Positions 30,501 to 38,822 of a stretch of 64,000 nt of DNA are shown here, in pieces. Numbering within the stretch: the first letter of the stretch is position 1; each line of letters starts with the position of its first letter. Under the pieces are notes generated by a model. It made no database searches. It worked only from the letters and a program-made list of their open reading frames with translations, and was not told the origin of the DNA. Origin of the DNA: Giardia intestinalis (Eukaryota); assembly GCA_000002435.2 (NCBI GenBank), contig CM018792.1, one strand, 5' to 3'. A program made the position numbers and the translations under genes.

Positions 30501-31997
30501 AATGCACTCACCACGGATGAGGTCTCCTATCTGGAAATACTTGAGCACGCAGGCACCACCTTTGTGGAAAGATTACTGATAGCTAAGAAGCTCATTCTAT
30601 TAGAGATTTACTATATTATCAGTAGGTACAAGACGGTTCCTACGAAAGAATCGCGCATCCATCATATGAGAGCAGCGCAGGACTCCGGTGGTGGGGCGCT
30701 AATCCCATCAACCCTGATAACCTTCCTCAAGAACCCGTTTGTATGTTTCCTAAACGGGCTTCTCAACCATATCTTCTACTCTCCGCGGTTGGCACTGAAT
30801 GCTACACCAATTAGTGTGTTGCATAAGACACAGATTTCAGGAAGTCTTGCTGAGGACTTACTGCCCGTTTTAAAGGACACCCTCTTTTGGCAAACATACA
30901 TAGCAAAAGATTGGAAGACAAGTTATGCGGCCAGCGAGCGGTTCTTTGACAGCAGACTTCTAAGATACTGCATTTTTCTCTCTAAGTACATCCTTCTTTA
31001 CTTGTACCCCTCCTCTATCCTTGTGTTCTCCATCGTGCAGAATAACAATCCATCAAGCACTACCACAGTGGACGGGACAATGGTGTCTATAGATACCTTC
31101 GAGGAGTATGGTGCAACAGATGAAAGCGACAGCGGAACCTCTCTCGATGGGAGCTCTGATGTTCCACCAAGATTGGCACGACGAGGTCGCTTAAAGAGCC
31201 GGGGACGGAAGGATCATCAGACTAGGCGTATGTATGACCTCAGATTAGTGCTTGAATACACGAATGTTACTTCGTTTATCCAAACGTCTAAAAACACTTT
31301 CTATCTCCTTGTCAAGTCAAACTATATCATAGGTGTCACGTTACATAAGGACGGCGACGAGGTTGCAACTGTTTCAGCACCTATTTCCACAAACTTCGAC
31401 TCGGAGAAGCTGATAGGTGGATTAGATACCATTAATGACTTAGGGGTTTTGTTTAGCAAATCTATGTACTCTGTGTTCTGCAAAGATGGTATCGTGGTTC
31501 CAGCAGTTCAAAATCGCAACATTAAGTTTGGCCTGACAGATGCATCGTTATCATTGAAAACTGCCACTATTCATGATATGGCACTATTCACCAACTTCCA
31601 GGCGTTGGCGCTAGTCTCCTATCTTGAGCATGGCTCTTCCGACAACACTCCACCCAAGCTAATTCTCGCCACGGTCAACCTTCTTAATTGCTCCATCATC
31701 GACGGCATTGAACTTGAAGAGGCATACGTCCATATTGTCTTGACTAAAGTGCGCGACATTCAAATTCTTCTGCTTTTTGGCGCGAAAGAGTACTGCATTC
31801 TGTGCAAGCATGTGGCAGGAGCAACAGACACTTATATCAAGGCGGAAGGTGGCCTTCTTCCTGAGGACGTGGGATCAGCACTGGTTCTTGCTGAGGCGCT
31901 TTGTGAGGGAAGCCGGGTCATCTACAGGCTTGTCTACGCCGTGGGACGGGGTGCCGTGAAGACCCACGTCATCACATATCATGTGAACGTTGTCTGA
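24504..31997 (+). CDS. Giant hypothetical protein, 2497 aa
   Basis: Uninterrupted 7.5-kb ORF from an ATG. I recognised no domain. It contains an acidic S/D/N-rich cluster (DDNIELDNDNDESDSNNSSYSYSDDESCHEPIEADSEEE). Confidence 0.8.
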   Translation: MASLATSQFIFHDDTIDILVGNRVVNNVQLTNSCILALHRIGRFDVPQVFAVYISSEEPGLHSILFRLSTIKDVATLVPLMRIDISSIMSNCPGLTVSHLFPEHTKILLYLREEHICIQFSPSCIIYANMRLSHRVDTGGVYRFVLPSTASCMLNIPNPEHITSMDANEYLYACVGNALLRTKTPINLHILSRRQTPMMFKRVATLSTSGEYVCLNCSILSDSTLSEIDTHRPGYKHAPTLLKRPIDIAPLSQKFSQQLQSAYPPLPSTLLTHKWQKEISTASHLSTNSTTFIKHYIMNISGSSQTPVFLIGTLVHDTTGCFSFFSINIYTLSQVPMSDWKRYTKNEMTSASMFRLCKTVGRINLDELCTYRFPLATETEMKPQQLGGPSLCHTKTYLDNFTISPLRAINNSFFFSMSFMARYTDTDAFRFFYAFQVNCESANIRLVMKQIYLSVPRAPDCNEFALTEQTIINNTIAGVHLVSFISDKSENLLYIHDNTKVYFLMMFNEKIKFVSGRDLTLFIYSYANNERDVFNIYNLELSENCASLPADGLEAQEHGGLFEAVSYKYVSKYSVGLAATFLRLVGFGKNLMMIQGIAGAAMPYGNKTDKLDGELIKITIFSEKDGNYLSSFKYLVLPHTSRDSSEASLKHALFTSFERYGQLYIAFCTEYAADNRVQMTGDTLKVDSLARIASTASITRTSSITTIGSDHSTESLLTIPSDLSDASVKTSSGLKNPEPLPGFPCPNIDTHLDQHTRSTFMIRDFNLLTIVFTMSGRYLYSTGFQDLEYDALPSTEKVTSDPSDDPQTSFFSSGVTQFRCLLRRSNLIPHRLFYVLPNDCLRLSFITPYELRAPLQRHKIHVERFFLPFLSIATCFLSSAPSILRTYTAHLHTTLFRRFITNVLTSSHYLFNITLRDKLEPDTIMKYAFFNLYDVSVSISEFTSILLLSTSQHYDYDSHLTNYIVTKLLMSKDLPRDRLLPYLVTGVLCLTKQLGPKGSDSISQDLAYDLPNWLETYLSADHVAVDYTLLAAHSGSVPRIFLPEAHAFKTGLLRVLPSVYLRGLFIAIGDTEYRLSKVPNSVVTFYYVITNRLVVLANLYLRAQNTKVATFLKSHTYNGEDSARSFEVARKNAFVLLTKCDYYMAAAWFVLAADFEHMVTVLVDKRYMANIDLGLAVFRYLRDTMSDSLVKLTQLSSTFVITPDHLTSMERVLFNSTIKEYVVTEDTEDTGSLSPQKHTVINLEKSEISRLSYKMSSSRIHKNITDFTSHCMAAYDIIYYYFVLSQYEDSSEFLAAVITDVVAAIISFTQHTTLENGTPADMHEAISVVLHVLHNFIFLCVHYKMTNEIRSILNALYRLYSCNMFGPIEKLRILNLSMYILALSRRTFAAVEGLGSFLLLSDVKVSQRQLFNAFELSFVSLIHLHSNTLSTSLLYNAFLYFLNPSRYLGSSYTSRMKKLREQCDIAAEKEIAATGKDESSDSQSDRFRRILSTFVFYLCLGFFTGDGKRAANLMWEKYQSEVAEHILFTQLKRRPSRFDIENAHLKEERVIRRRRLCAASVPDGYIDDNIELDNDNDESDSNNSSYSYSDDESCHEPIEADSEEEVMIKEKSHDKTRVHLKNRRCRLQTPEEIQHLCRIVHAYFKTIFGFTQSPRIIDHTTQILNSFEATILPVVNTTITAATSKEIHDMTDSLLNLISTLSTGDEASKQLLNSVHSEARVLQSESEYQSMATSDRDSTSIIQQLLFKRRENPTSASSDRELLKQPKHREKRVITISDMEMHTTMLSDAMNGPYDTPGEDDYDRTARTPFAKHPVLRRSLGFVIVTKNNTLMIEQYDTLLEFYSYLTLTPGGYTRYVPAAFNSALAATAHSISLSRKEASTMGFEMLSVFLTHGSNSLSHLVRHGLSATKRVEPMNFDCFLATHAQNSISDVRISNLFYILIALHEYTINNGSMLLFRNTMQSKYGLQIHLNQLMEKTSNCPYKDILPAYHAIFKEIQRNALTTDEVSYLEILEHAGTTFVERLLIAKKLILLEIYYIISRYKTVPTKESRIHHMRAAQDSGGGALIPSTLITFLKNPFVCFLNGLLNHIFYSPRLALNATPISVLHKTQISGSLAEDLLPVLKDTLFWQTYIAKDWKTSYAASERFFDSRLLRYCIFLSKYILLYLYPSSILVFSIVQNNNPSSTTTVDGTMVSIDTFEEYGATDESDSGTSLDGSSDVPPRLARRGRLKSRGRKDHQTRRMYDLRLVLEYTNVTSFIQTSKNTFYLLVKSNYIIGVTLHKDGDEVATVSAPISTNFDSEKLIGGLDTINDLGVLFSKSMYSVFCKDGIVVPAVQNRNIKFGLTDASLSLKTATIHDMALFTNFQALALVSYLEHGSSDNTPPKLILATVNLLNCSIIDGIELEEAYVHIVLTKVRDIQILLLFGAKEYCILCKHVAGATDTYIKAEGGLLPEDVGSALVLAEALCEGSRVIYRLVYAVGRGAVKTHVITYHVNVV

Positions 31998-32026
31998 GAT
32001 CTTCCGTTTACAAGAGTATTCATTGC

Positions 32027-32929
32027 TTACTCATCGAAGAAGCCCGCATAGGCCTGCTCCTCGATGCTACAGTCGTTTATGCCGCGGATCATGCGGAAGT
32101 AGCCGTCCTCGCCCCAGTCAGGACCCCAGGAGTTGCGGATGATCCAGTAGTCAACGCCGTCGTCGTCTGTGCCGTAGCCCACCATCTCGACTGCGTGGCC
32201 ACCCTCCATGTATCCGTAGGTGTGCTGGTAGACGCCGCTCTCGTAGTACATGAAGTCGGAGTAGACCAAGAAGGCGACCTGGAGAGGGCCGCTCGTGGAC
32301 AGGGCCTTCATCATGGCGGGTATGTCAAGCCCGTAATCCTTGTAAGACGTGGCGGTGGCCAAGTGAACCTTGCTCGATCCATCGGCGCACTTCGTCGGGC
32401 AGGTGCCACGGAGAGTTGTCGACCCGCTCTTGTAGGGGACGCACTCGTCGGTGGTCGTTCCAGTCTTGGTAAGGAACTTCCAGACATTCGGGAGCCAGCC
32501 CCCATTGCAAGCCATGTCGCCATGATCACAGGAGACCACGTACTGTGGGGAGTACTTGACAGGCTTCTTGTCGAGCCCAGCGACGCAGCGGCGATCACCA
32601 AAGGTGGCAACAGAGGAGAAGGCCCAGCAGGAGCCGCACCCGCCCTGGTCGACAACCTCGGGGATGCAGTGAGGATACTCCTCGCGGAAGTCAAAAGACT
32701 CAGGCACGTCGTCCTTATCGGTAAAAGTGCCACGGGGTGCGGCGCCCTTTGCGTTCTTAAGGAAGGAAACAGGCATAAGGAGACTCGAGATCTCGTCCTT
32801 CGTGAGCCCCTCGAAGCGCTTCGGGATGCCCGCCTTCCACCTGGGATTCAGGGACTTGATGTGGTTAAGCTCGGAGACCGTCAGGGCGGGCGCAGAGAAA
32901 GCTGCAGCGGCGAGGAGAAAGAGCTTCAT
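32027..32929 (-). CDS. Cathepsin B-like cysteine protease (papain family C1) with signal peptide
   Basis: The track ORF starts upstream at a non-ATG codon. The real start is at ccaattttaaaATGaagctc (32929), giving MKLFLLAAAAFSAPA. Active-site Cys region QGGCGSCWAFSSVATFGDRRC. His region GGHAVEMVGYG...YWIIRNSWGPDWGEDGYFRMIRGINDCSIEEQ. Confidence 0.93.
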   Translation of the reverse strand: MKLFLLAAAAFSAPALTVSELNHIKSLNPRWKAGIPKRFEGLTKDEISSLLMPVSFLKNAKGAAPRGTFTDKDDVPESFDFREEYPHCIPEVVDQGGCGSCWAFSSVATFGDRRCVAGLDKKPVKYSPQYVVSCDHGDMACNGGWLPNVWKFLTKTGTTTDECVPYKSGSTTLRGTCPTKCADGSSKVHLATATSYKDYGLDIPAMMKALSTSGPLQVAFLVYSDFMYYESGVYQHTYGYMEGGHAVEMVGYGTDDDGVDYWIIRNSWGPDWGEDGYFRMIRGINDCSIEEQAYAGFFDE

Positions 32930-33040
32930 TTTAAAATTGGAGGAAAAGCGTGGACCAAAAAAACAAAAAATGAAATCGCATTCAGAACAATACAGTCTGA
33001 CACCCAGTAACACTAAAAAAACGTTTGACTGTTCGGATGA

Positions 33041-35383
33041 TCACCGCAGAGAAGGTAGGGAAAACTCCGTCTGTGTAATAAAAGGGATCCAGGCGGCCTC
33101 TGTGAAGAGTTTGTTGCTATCTGCAGATGCGTATGCCGGAAAGACCAGATTGTATGTCACTCCCTGCTCGAGTCGAGATGCTGTTCTGATCTGGTCTCCC
33201 TGGACACTATAGCAACGGCTTTCTGCGACAATGGTTTTTTTGAAAAGACCCAGTAACAGTGTCACGTACACAAAGAGTTGCATATACGAGGCGTCGCTCG
33301 GGAATCTTGAGGGTATTGCTTCCAGATTATTGTTAGCAGCACTACAAACTGATTGAACAAGAGACGGTGGACTTTCGCCGCGTTCTAATGGAGCTGTCAG
33401 CTTTGTCCTTCCACAGCAATCTGTACTGTTATTAAAATTGCTCAGCATTGCCAGCACGAAGTGTAGGCTAGACAGGAAGTTTGGATCACGTTCTTCCAGC
33501 TCATTAGTCTTAGAGCTTGCGATTACGCTTGCAATATGGACCAGCGCGCATTGAACTTCGTTTCCCCACTTATTTAAGATAAAATAGGCCCCAAGTTGCA
33601 TCGAGAGGATACTAAGTTCATCTGAGTCCTTGTTACTTCCTAATTGACGGTGCTTGCGATAGTTGTAAATGACTATCTCCTTTTCTGGAAGTAGAGTTGC
33701 GGGTAGAAAGTACAGAAGAAAGTAGAACATCTGCTTCTGCATCCAAACGTACGTATCGTTTGAGAGCGAAAGCATGAGGTCGTGTAGGGCGATATAAGGG
33801 TTGTCGGCCCCTGTCTGGAGACTCTGGATGCGTGCTTGGTTGTGGGCCATAACATCCCTTGTATGCTTAGCCAAGGCTTGTACCTCGAGCTGTACCTCCT
33901 CCAGACGCACCTCCTTGTAGTTAGTATCCTCTGCAATACCAAGTGAATTATCGCGATGTTCTAAATCGGATGTGTATTTCTCAACTAGTTGACGTAGGAG
34001 CGTCTCCAGTGGAATATCTAATAATGCTCTCATAACACTCTCTTCCCCTTTCTCCTTGATTGCTCCTGAGACTGAATGAGCAAAAGAGAGCTCTGAAGAA
34101 AAGGGTGGCAGGATGCTGTTAGCGCCATATGTATTCAATAGGTATGCCCGCAGTGACGGGTTCTTTGCGTCAGTTGTCGGCGAATAATAAGGACTGAGGA
34201 GTAGGTCTGCAATGTCATCACCATTGGTGTTGCTTGATAATTTCACCGGATGTTCCTCTTCGGTTGTATTGAAACTTTCTTTTTTCTCTTCTTGGCTGGT
34301 GGATTGCAACGCGAATAGACTGTGTCTCCCGGTCTCATCCTTGGGGTAAATATACTTTATCGACGAGTCTCGTATCTGTAGACCCAGTAGTTCCTTAGTG
34401 AAGTCGATTACAGTAGTTCCACCTGGTTCAGACCAGGGGCACAAGAGGAAAACTCCTGATAAGAACAATAGAGAGCCTTGCACGTCGACGCTGTTGAAGA
34501 ACGGAGCAGGATGCTCTGTTAACGTGTCATGCTGCAGTGAGTAGTGGAGATACTCAGACTTGCGGCAGTTGCTCGCTTCCTGGGCAATAAGCACTATGGA
34601 ATTCTCTGTGATGGCGACAGAGTTGCGAATGGGTAGGCCATGCAGGTGTGTGCTTTGAGCACTCATCACCATTCCACTTGGACCTAGATTGATCTTATGA
34701 AGGTTGGCCTGAAAGGCCGGTACGGATGCTCCATCACAGATAGGATGGTCCGTAAGGAAGTAAATAACCATTGCAGCATCATGCTTGAGAGAGGTTGGAG
34801 GGTCTTGTATGTCTGCCTTGTGAATGGAAGCGACGCATTTAAAACGTCCAGAATGGCCCCTTGGGGGAGGCGGAGGGGGCGGGCTTTTGTTGCTTATAAA
34901 ATTTGGCGGGGTAGGTGGCAGAACTTGGAGCTTGATGAAGAAAGGTCTTTGTTGTTTACCAGGGTCAGTAGTCGGCTCCTGCATAGAACAGACATCCACC
35001 AATTGCATCGCAACATCCTGACCCTCTATAAGTCTATATGCTGTTTGTACCAGTCGCAGCTCATTGCAGTCTTTCCTGAAAAGAAAGATGAGATATTGAC
35101 TAACACCTTCGACATCCACTAAATTGCATAGTCCCAGAGGCTTCATGATCTCCCTTAGCTCTGTGACGCACACTCTTGGCTGTATCATCAGAGAAACAGT
35201 GAGCCTTGCACTGATTATAAGCACTAGGTCTTTAGTGCTCACCACGAAGAGCCTCTCTCCCTGATGCGCCGGAATACATTCATACATAATTTCAACCCAT
35301 GAAGAACCCTCTAGAACATCGATGCTTATCGCTGTGCCCCTATCATGTAATCTGTACGTGTCATTTTGATGATTAAATAGCAT
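33041..35383 (-). CDS. Hypothetical protein, about 780 aa, with a poly-Pro tract
   Basis: Long ORF. The track start is GTG at 35392. I prefer the ATG at 35383 (gtgataaaaATGctattt). It contains PPPPPPPRGH. No domain assigned. Confidence 0.75.
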   Translation of the reverse strand: MLFNHQNDTYRLHDRGTAISIDVLEGSSWVEIMYECIPAHQGERLFVVSTKDLVLIISARLTVSLMIQPRVCVTELREIMKPLGLCNLVDVEGVSQYLIFLFRKDCNELRLVQTAYRLIEGQDVAMQLVDVCSMQEPTTDPGKQQRPFFIKLQVLPPTPPNFISNKSPPPPPPPRGHSGRFKCVASIHKADIQDPPTSLKHDAAMVIYFLTDHPICDGASVPAFQANLHKINLGPSGMVMSAQSTHLHGLPIRNSVAITENSIVLIAQEASNCRKSEYLHYSLQHDTLTEHPAPFFNSVDVQGSLLFLSGVFLLCPWSEPGGTTVIDFTKELLGLQIRDSSIKYIYPKDETGRHSLFALQSTSQEEKKESFNTTEEEHPVKLSSNTNGDDIADLLLSPYYSPTTDAKNPSLRAYLLNTYGANSILPPFSSELSFAHSVSGAIKEKGEESVMRALLDIPLETLLRQLVEKYTSDLEHRDNSLGIAEDTNYKEVRLEEVQLEVQALAKHTRDVMAHNQARIQSLQTGADNPYIALHDLMLSLSNDTYVWMQKQMFYFLLYFLPATLLPEKEIVIYNYRKHRQLGSNKDSDELSILSMQLGAYFILNKWGNEVQCALVHIASVIASSKTNELEERDPNFLSSLHFVLAMLSNFNNSTDCCGRTKLTAPLERGESPPSLVQSVCSAANNNLEAIPSRFPSDASYMQLFVYVTLLLGLFKKTIVAESRCYSVQGDQIRTASRLEQGVTYNLVFPAYASADSNKLFTEAAWIPFITQTEFSLPSLR

Positions 35384-35452
35384 TTTTATCACAGACCTGC
35401 ATGCACATAGAATGGCCGAATAAAGTCATAAGTTTACTAAAAGTTAGTCAGA

Positions 35453-37972
35453 TCACGGCTCCTCCGAGTCTTGATACTCCAGCCCCTGGCCGTCTGGGAT
35501 GAGCGTGGTATTTTGTTCACAGAATATTGCATCTTCCCGGTCCATCCTCTTACGAAGACGAATAAGAAGCACTACTGTAACAACGATGAGAATGAGTACA
35601 ATAATGAAGACAATAACTCCTACTATGAGGCCTGTATTTGTCTGGCTGTTGCTCTTTGGGAAAACGCATATGTTGACGCCATTGAATAAGGACAACCGGT
35701 ATCCAGCCACACACTCATAACATGTGGACCCGCTGGAGGAGCCTCTCTTCTCGATACAAAGACGACACCCTTCCGAGCACGGATTAATGGATGCATCCTC
35801 GGAATTGTAGTAGTATCCATCCATCGCCAGGTTGCATTGAGTCCCATTGTCGCAACTCAAACAGTTCTCCATGCACTGCTCTATTGTTTTAGATTCTGTG
35901 ATATAAAACCCTTTTGCTGCTTTCTCGCATATAGACTTACCATCCTTTTTTTCCAGGCTGCAAATCTCACAGTTGGGATCGCACTGCTGGCAGATCATTG
36001 TGATTGGCGAGCTCGTTGTGTCGAGGGTCAGATAGAATCCTTGTGCACACACGGAGCAATGATATTCCCTTTCACATAACTCACAGTTGGCCAGGCATTT
36101 AACACATTGTGTTCCAGCGAGATAGTAACCTGGTGCACAGTTAGTACACTCAAAAGACGCAGTGCCTGTTTGCTTACATTCAGCGCAATTTTCGATACAC
36201 GTAAGGCAGCTGGATACCCCGTTGCTCGTTGATAAGAAGTATCCTGGAGCACATGTGCCACAGGAAGTGGCGGAGCTGCAAATAGCACAGTTATCCATGC
36301 ACTTTGCGCAAGTGTGTGTCTCAGAAACATAGTACCCAGTCTCGCAGCCCAAACATCGACCATCAGAAAGACACTTCAAACAGCGGTCTTGGCAAGAGAG
36401 ACACTCTCCATTAAACAGGAACATCCCTGACTTACAATCCGTGCATGTTCTGGTATCTCCGACGCACTTAGCACATCCAAGTGTTATGCTCTCACAGAAA
36501 ATGCACTGTGGTCCACCCTCGGGGCCAGGAGACGCATTAGAAGCGCAGATCAGACAGACACCTGTCGAATCGCAAACCTGGCAGCCAGGTATATGAGCAC
36601 AGGAGATGCATGTATCCTGCTCCCCCGACGGGCTTGGGTTAAGGTAGTACCCTTCGTCACATGTTGTGCACTGGGGTGTACCATCATTCGTGCATTCTAC
36701 ACAATGTGCTATGCCACAACCCTTGATAACGCACTGCCCATTGACCAATGTTGCTATGTCCCTGCACTTAGAACACTTGTTGGAAAGAGGAGGACATTGA
36801 ATACAGTTTTCCAAAGACACGCCAAGACATTTGTACGTGGTACACATATCACCGCTATATCCCGATAAACAAGAAGTACACTTACTCAAGGACTCACAAC
36901 TGGCACAACCTAAAGGGCATTCAACACATGATTCATAGAAGATATTATCAAGCGTGTAACTCTTAAAGCGCCCACTGCTGCAAGAACCGCATGCATTGGG
37001 ATCAATCTGGTCACAGCTGGCACAGCCCTCGAATAGGTTAAACCCACATTGCCGAACAACACAGTTCACGCCACTTAGTCCAGATTCGCAAGGTGTACAA
37101 ATCCCGCTAGTGTTTGGTGCGTACCCATCAAAGCAAACGCCGCACTTTCCCGTCGTCCCACAAGACGTGCAGTGCTCCAATTTCTTGAGTCCGCACTTCA
37201 GAAGGGAGCACTCAGGCCCTAAACGCCCATCTGGACATGCCACGCATTTCCCCAAGCTCACCAAGACACCGTCAATCATTGTCTGTTCATAGACATCTAG
37301 CTTGTAGTCATCGTTGCACTCCCTACACATCATACTATTGTCAGGGCCGCAGACCTTACAGTCATAAATAGCAAAGCCGTTACACTGCTTTTGGCGGCAG
37401 TTGTTGCCACTGGTTCCCTCAGGACACGGCTCACACCTACCTTCGTCGGTCAACTGATAGTCCTCATCGCAAGTCTCACAGGAAGCTTGTATGCCCTTAC
37501 ATTTTGAGCAATAGGGGATTACAGTACTAGCACACAACCTATCTGCACAGTTCTTTCCCATTCTATCGTCTTCGCACGCAACGCATCGATCCCCTACTCG
37601 GTGGCTTCCAAGAGCACATGTCTTACAGCCGCTGCCATCTTCTGTGCACTCTTGGCAATTCGTCATTAGAATGTTGCACATGATATCTGCACAATTGTAT
37701 CCCGTGGTGTTTGTCTTGCCAAGATCCTTTGTACAATCATAGCATGCAGAAAGATCTGGGTACTTAGGCCCATATCCATTATCACATGTTTTGCACAGAG
37801 ATCCAGTCTTAGTACATGTCACACAGTGCTCAATTTCTTTTCCTCTACATGAAATTGACACATTTAGGCTTAGTGGCGGACTTGATGACAGATTGCTATC
37901 TTTAGCATCAGGGGTTTGCGAACAATAAAGTATAAAGAGACCAAAAAGCAGGGTGATAGAGGAACAGGGCAT
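35453..37972 (-). CDS. High-cysteine membrane protein (HCMP; VSP-like but lacking the CRGKA tail)
   Basis: The track start is TTG at 37999. The ATG at 37972 gives the signal peptide MPCSSITLLFGLFILYCSQ. There are dozens of CxxC/CxC motifs (CVTCTKTGSLCKTCDNGY...), one C-terminal TM helix (GLIVGVIVFIIVLILIVVTVVLLI) and an acidic tail ...YQDSEEP. Confidence 0.85.
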   Translation of the reverse strand: MPCSSITLLFGLFILYCSQTPDAKDSNLSSSPPLSLNVSISCRGKEIEHCVTCTKTGSLCKTCDNGYGPKYPDLSACYDCTKDLGKTNTTGYNCADIMCNILMTNCQECTEDGSGCKTCALGSHRVGDRCVACEDDRMGKNCADRLCASTVIPYCSKCKGIQASCETCDEDYQLTDEGRCEPCPEGTSGNNCRQKQCNGFAIYDCKVCGPDNSMMCRECNDDYKLDVYEQTMIDGVLVSLGKCVACPDGRLGPECSLLKCGLKKLEHCTSCGTTGKCGVCFDGYAPNTSGICTPCESGLSGVNCVVRQCGFNLFEGCASCDQIDPNACGSCSSGRFKSYTLDNIFYESCVECPLGCASCESLSKCTSCLSGYSGDMCTTYKCLGVSLENCIQCPPLSNKCSKCRDIATLVNGQCVIKGCGIAHCVECTNDGTPQCTTCDEGYYLNPSPSGEQDTCISCAHIPGCQVCDSTGVCLICASNASPGPEGGPQCIFCESITLGCAKCVGDTRTCTDCKSGMFLFNGECLSCQDRCLKCLSDGRCLGCETGYYVSETHTCAKCMDNCAICSSATSCGTCAPGYFLSTSNGVSSCLTCIENCAECKQTGTASFECTNCAPGYYLAGTQCVKCLANCELCEREYHCSVCAQGFYLTLDTTSSPITMICQQCDPNCEICSLEKKDGKSICEKAAKGFYITESKTIEQCMENCLSCDNGTQCNLAMDGYYYNSEDASINPCSEGCRLCIEKRGSSSGSTCYECVAGYRLSLFNGVNICVFPKSNSQTNTGLIVGVIVFIIVLILIVVTVVLLIRLRKRMDREDAIFCEQNTTLIPDGQGLEYQDSEEP

Positions 37973-38048
37973 CTTCCAAAACCCAATAACCAGAGCCAAA
38001 CTGCTTTTTTATTTTACAACCTATTAATGTCTAAGTATTATAGTTTAC

Positions 38049-38801
38049 TCATTCAATAACAAGCTTCGACGCTTTTCGCTTGATTTCTCGGACAAGTTGT
38101 TCATAGGCCTTTGTATTTTCTCGTGTCTCTTGAAGTATGGAGAAGGAATTTGTCTTCATTTTGGAGTAAAAGGACGGGGTCGGTAGCCCCTTAGGTTCGT
38201 CTGGCGGAGACTTTTCAAGGTCCTCTAATGAGACACACTGCTTGTAGATAGAGAGAATGGCCTTGGCGATTTGCCTTCTGTAGTCCGTGGAAGTCATAAA
38301 GCAAGGGTAGTCGACCGAGTAAATTGTAGTCAGAATCCTCTCTTTTACTTCTGAAAAGCACGTCTTTACAGCTGGGTGGTTCCTTATAGCGGCTAGGGAG
38401 TGAAAGTCCAGGACCACAGCTACCATGAAGGTTTTCCAGCTGTAGTTCACGCCCTTAGAATTGAAGCGTATCAGATCATTTGTCCACTTTACGCGACAAC
38501 TGTGTATGTCTCGCTGCTGAAACAACTCTTGTGCCTTAGAAAAGTCCAAGGACTCCAAGATTATGAACTGAATAAGTAGCTGGAGGTTGTCTACAAAAGA
38601 CCAATGCTTGTAGCGCTTATTGGGCTTCGACTGCTGTTCGTCCTCGTCACTTGGCGATGCATTCTTTATTCGGTCGAAGTTGGGGATCGTAAGGGTCGGC
38701 ATTTCTATGTGCTCGAAATGATTTGGATTTAGTAACGCGTCTCTGTGCTGCTCGAGAATCTTCTTGTCAAATACGACTGTGTAATACTGCTGAATAGTCA
38801 T
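38049..38801 (-). CDS. Hypothetical protein, about 250 aa
   Basis: The track start is TTG at 38807. ATG at 38801 (gataaattgaaaATGact). No domain recognised. Confidence 0.7.
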   Translation of the reverse strand: MTIQQYYTVVFDKKILEQHRDALLNPNHFEHIEMPTLTIPNFDRIKNASPSDEDEQQSKPNKRYKHWSFVDNLQLLIQFIILESLDFSKAQELFQQRDIHSCRVKWTNDLIRFNSKGVNYSWKTFMVAVVLDFHSLAAIRNHPAVKTCFSEVKERILTTIYSVDYPCFMTSTDYRRQIAKAILSIYKQCVSLEDLEKSPPDEPKGLPTPSFYSKMKTNSFSILQETRENTKAYEQLVREIKRKASKLVIE

Positions 38802-38822
38802 TTTCAATTTATCGCCAGGGGT

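Noticed and set aside
31998-32026. Possible AGTRAAY-like poly(A) signal (gtttaca, reverse complement TGTAAAC) in the 29-nt gap between the convergent 2497-aa gene and cathepsin B
   Set aside because: It has one mismatch to the consensus and is too short to distinguish from chance. I did not annotate it.
38745-38822. Upstream GTG start for tRNase Z and TTG start (38807) for the divergent hypothetical gene
   Set aside because: Using them would make the two genes overlap head-to-head. Both have in-frame ATGs (38823 and 38801) preceded by AT-rich initiator sequence, and the tRNase Z family N-terminus aligns with the ATG start.
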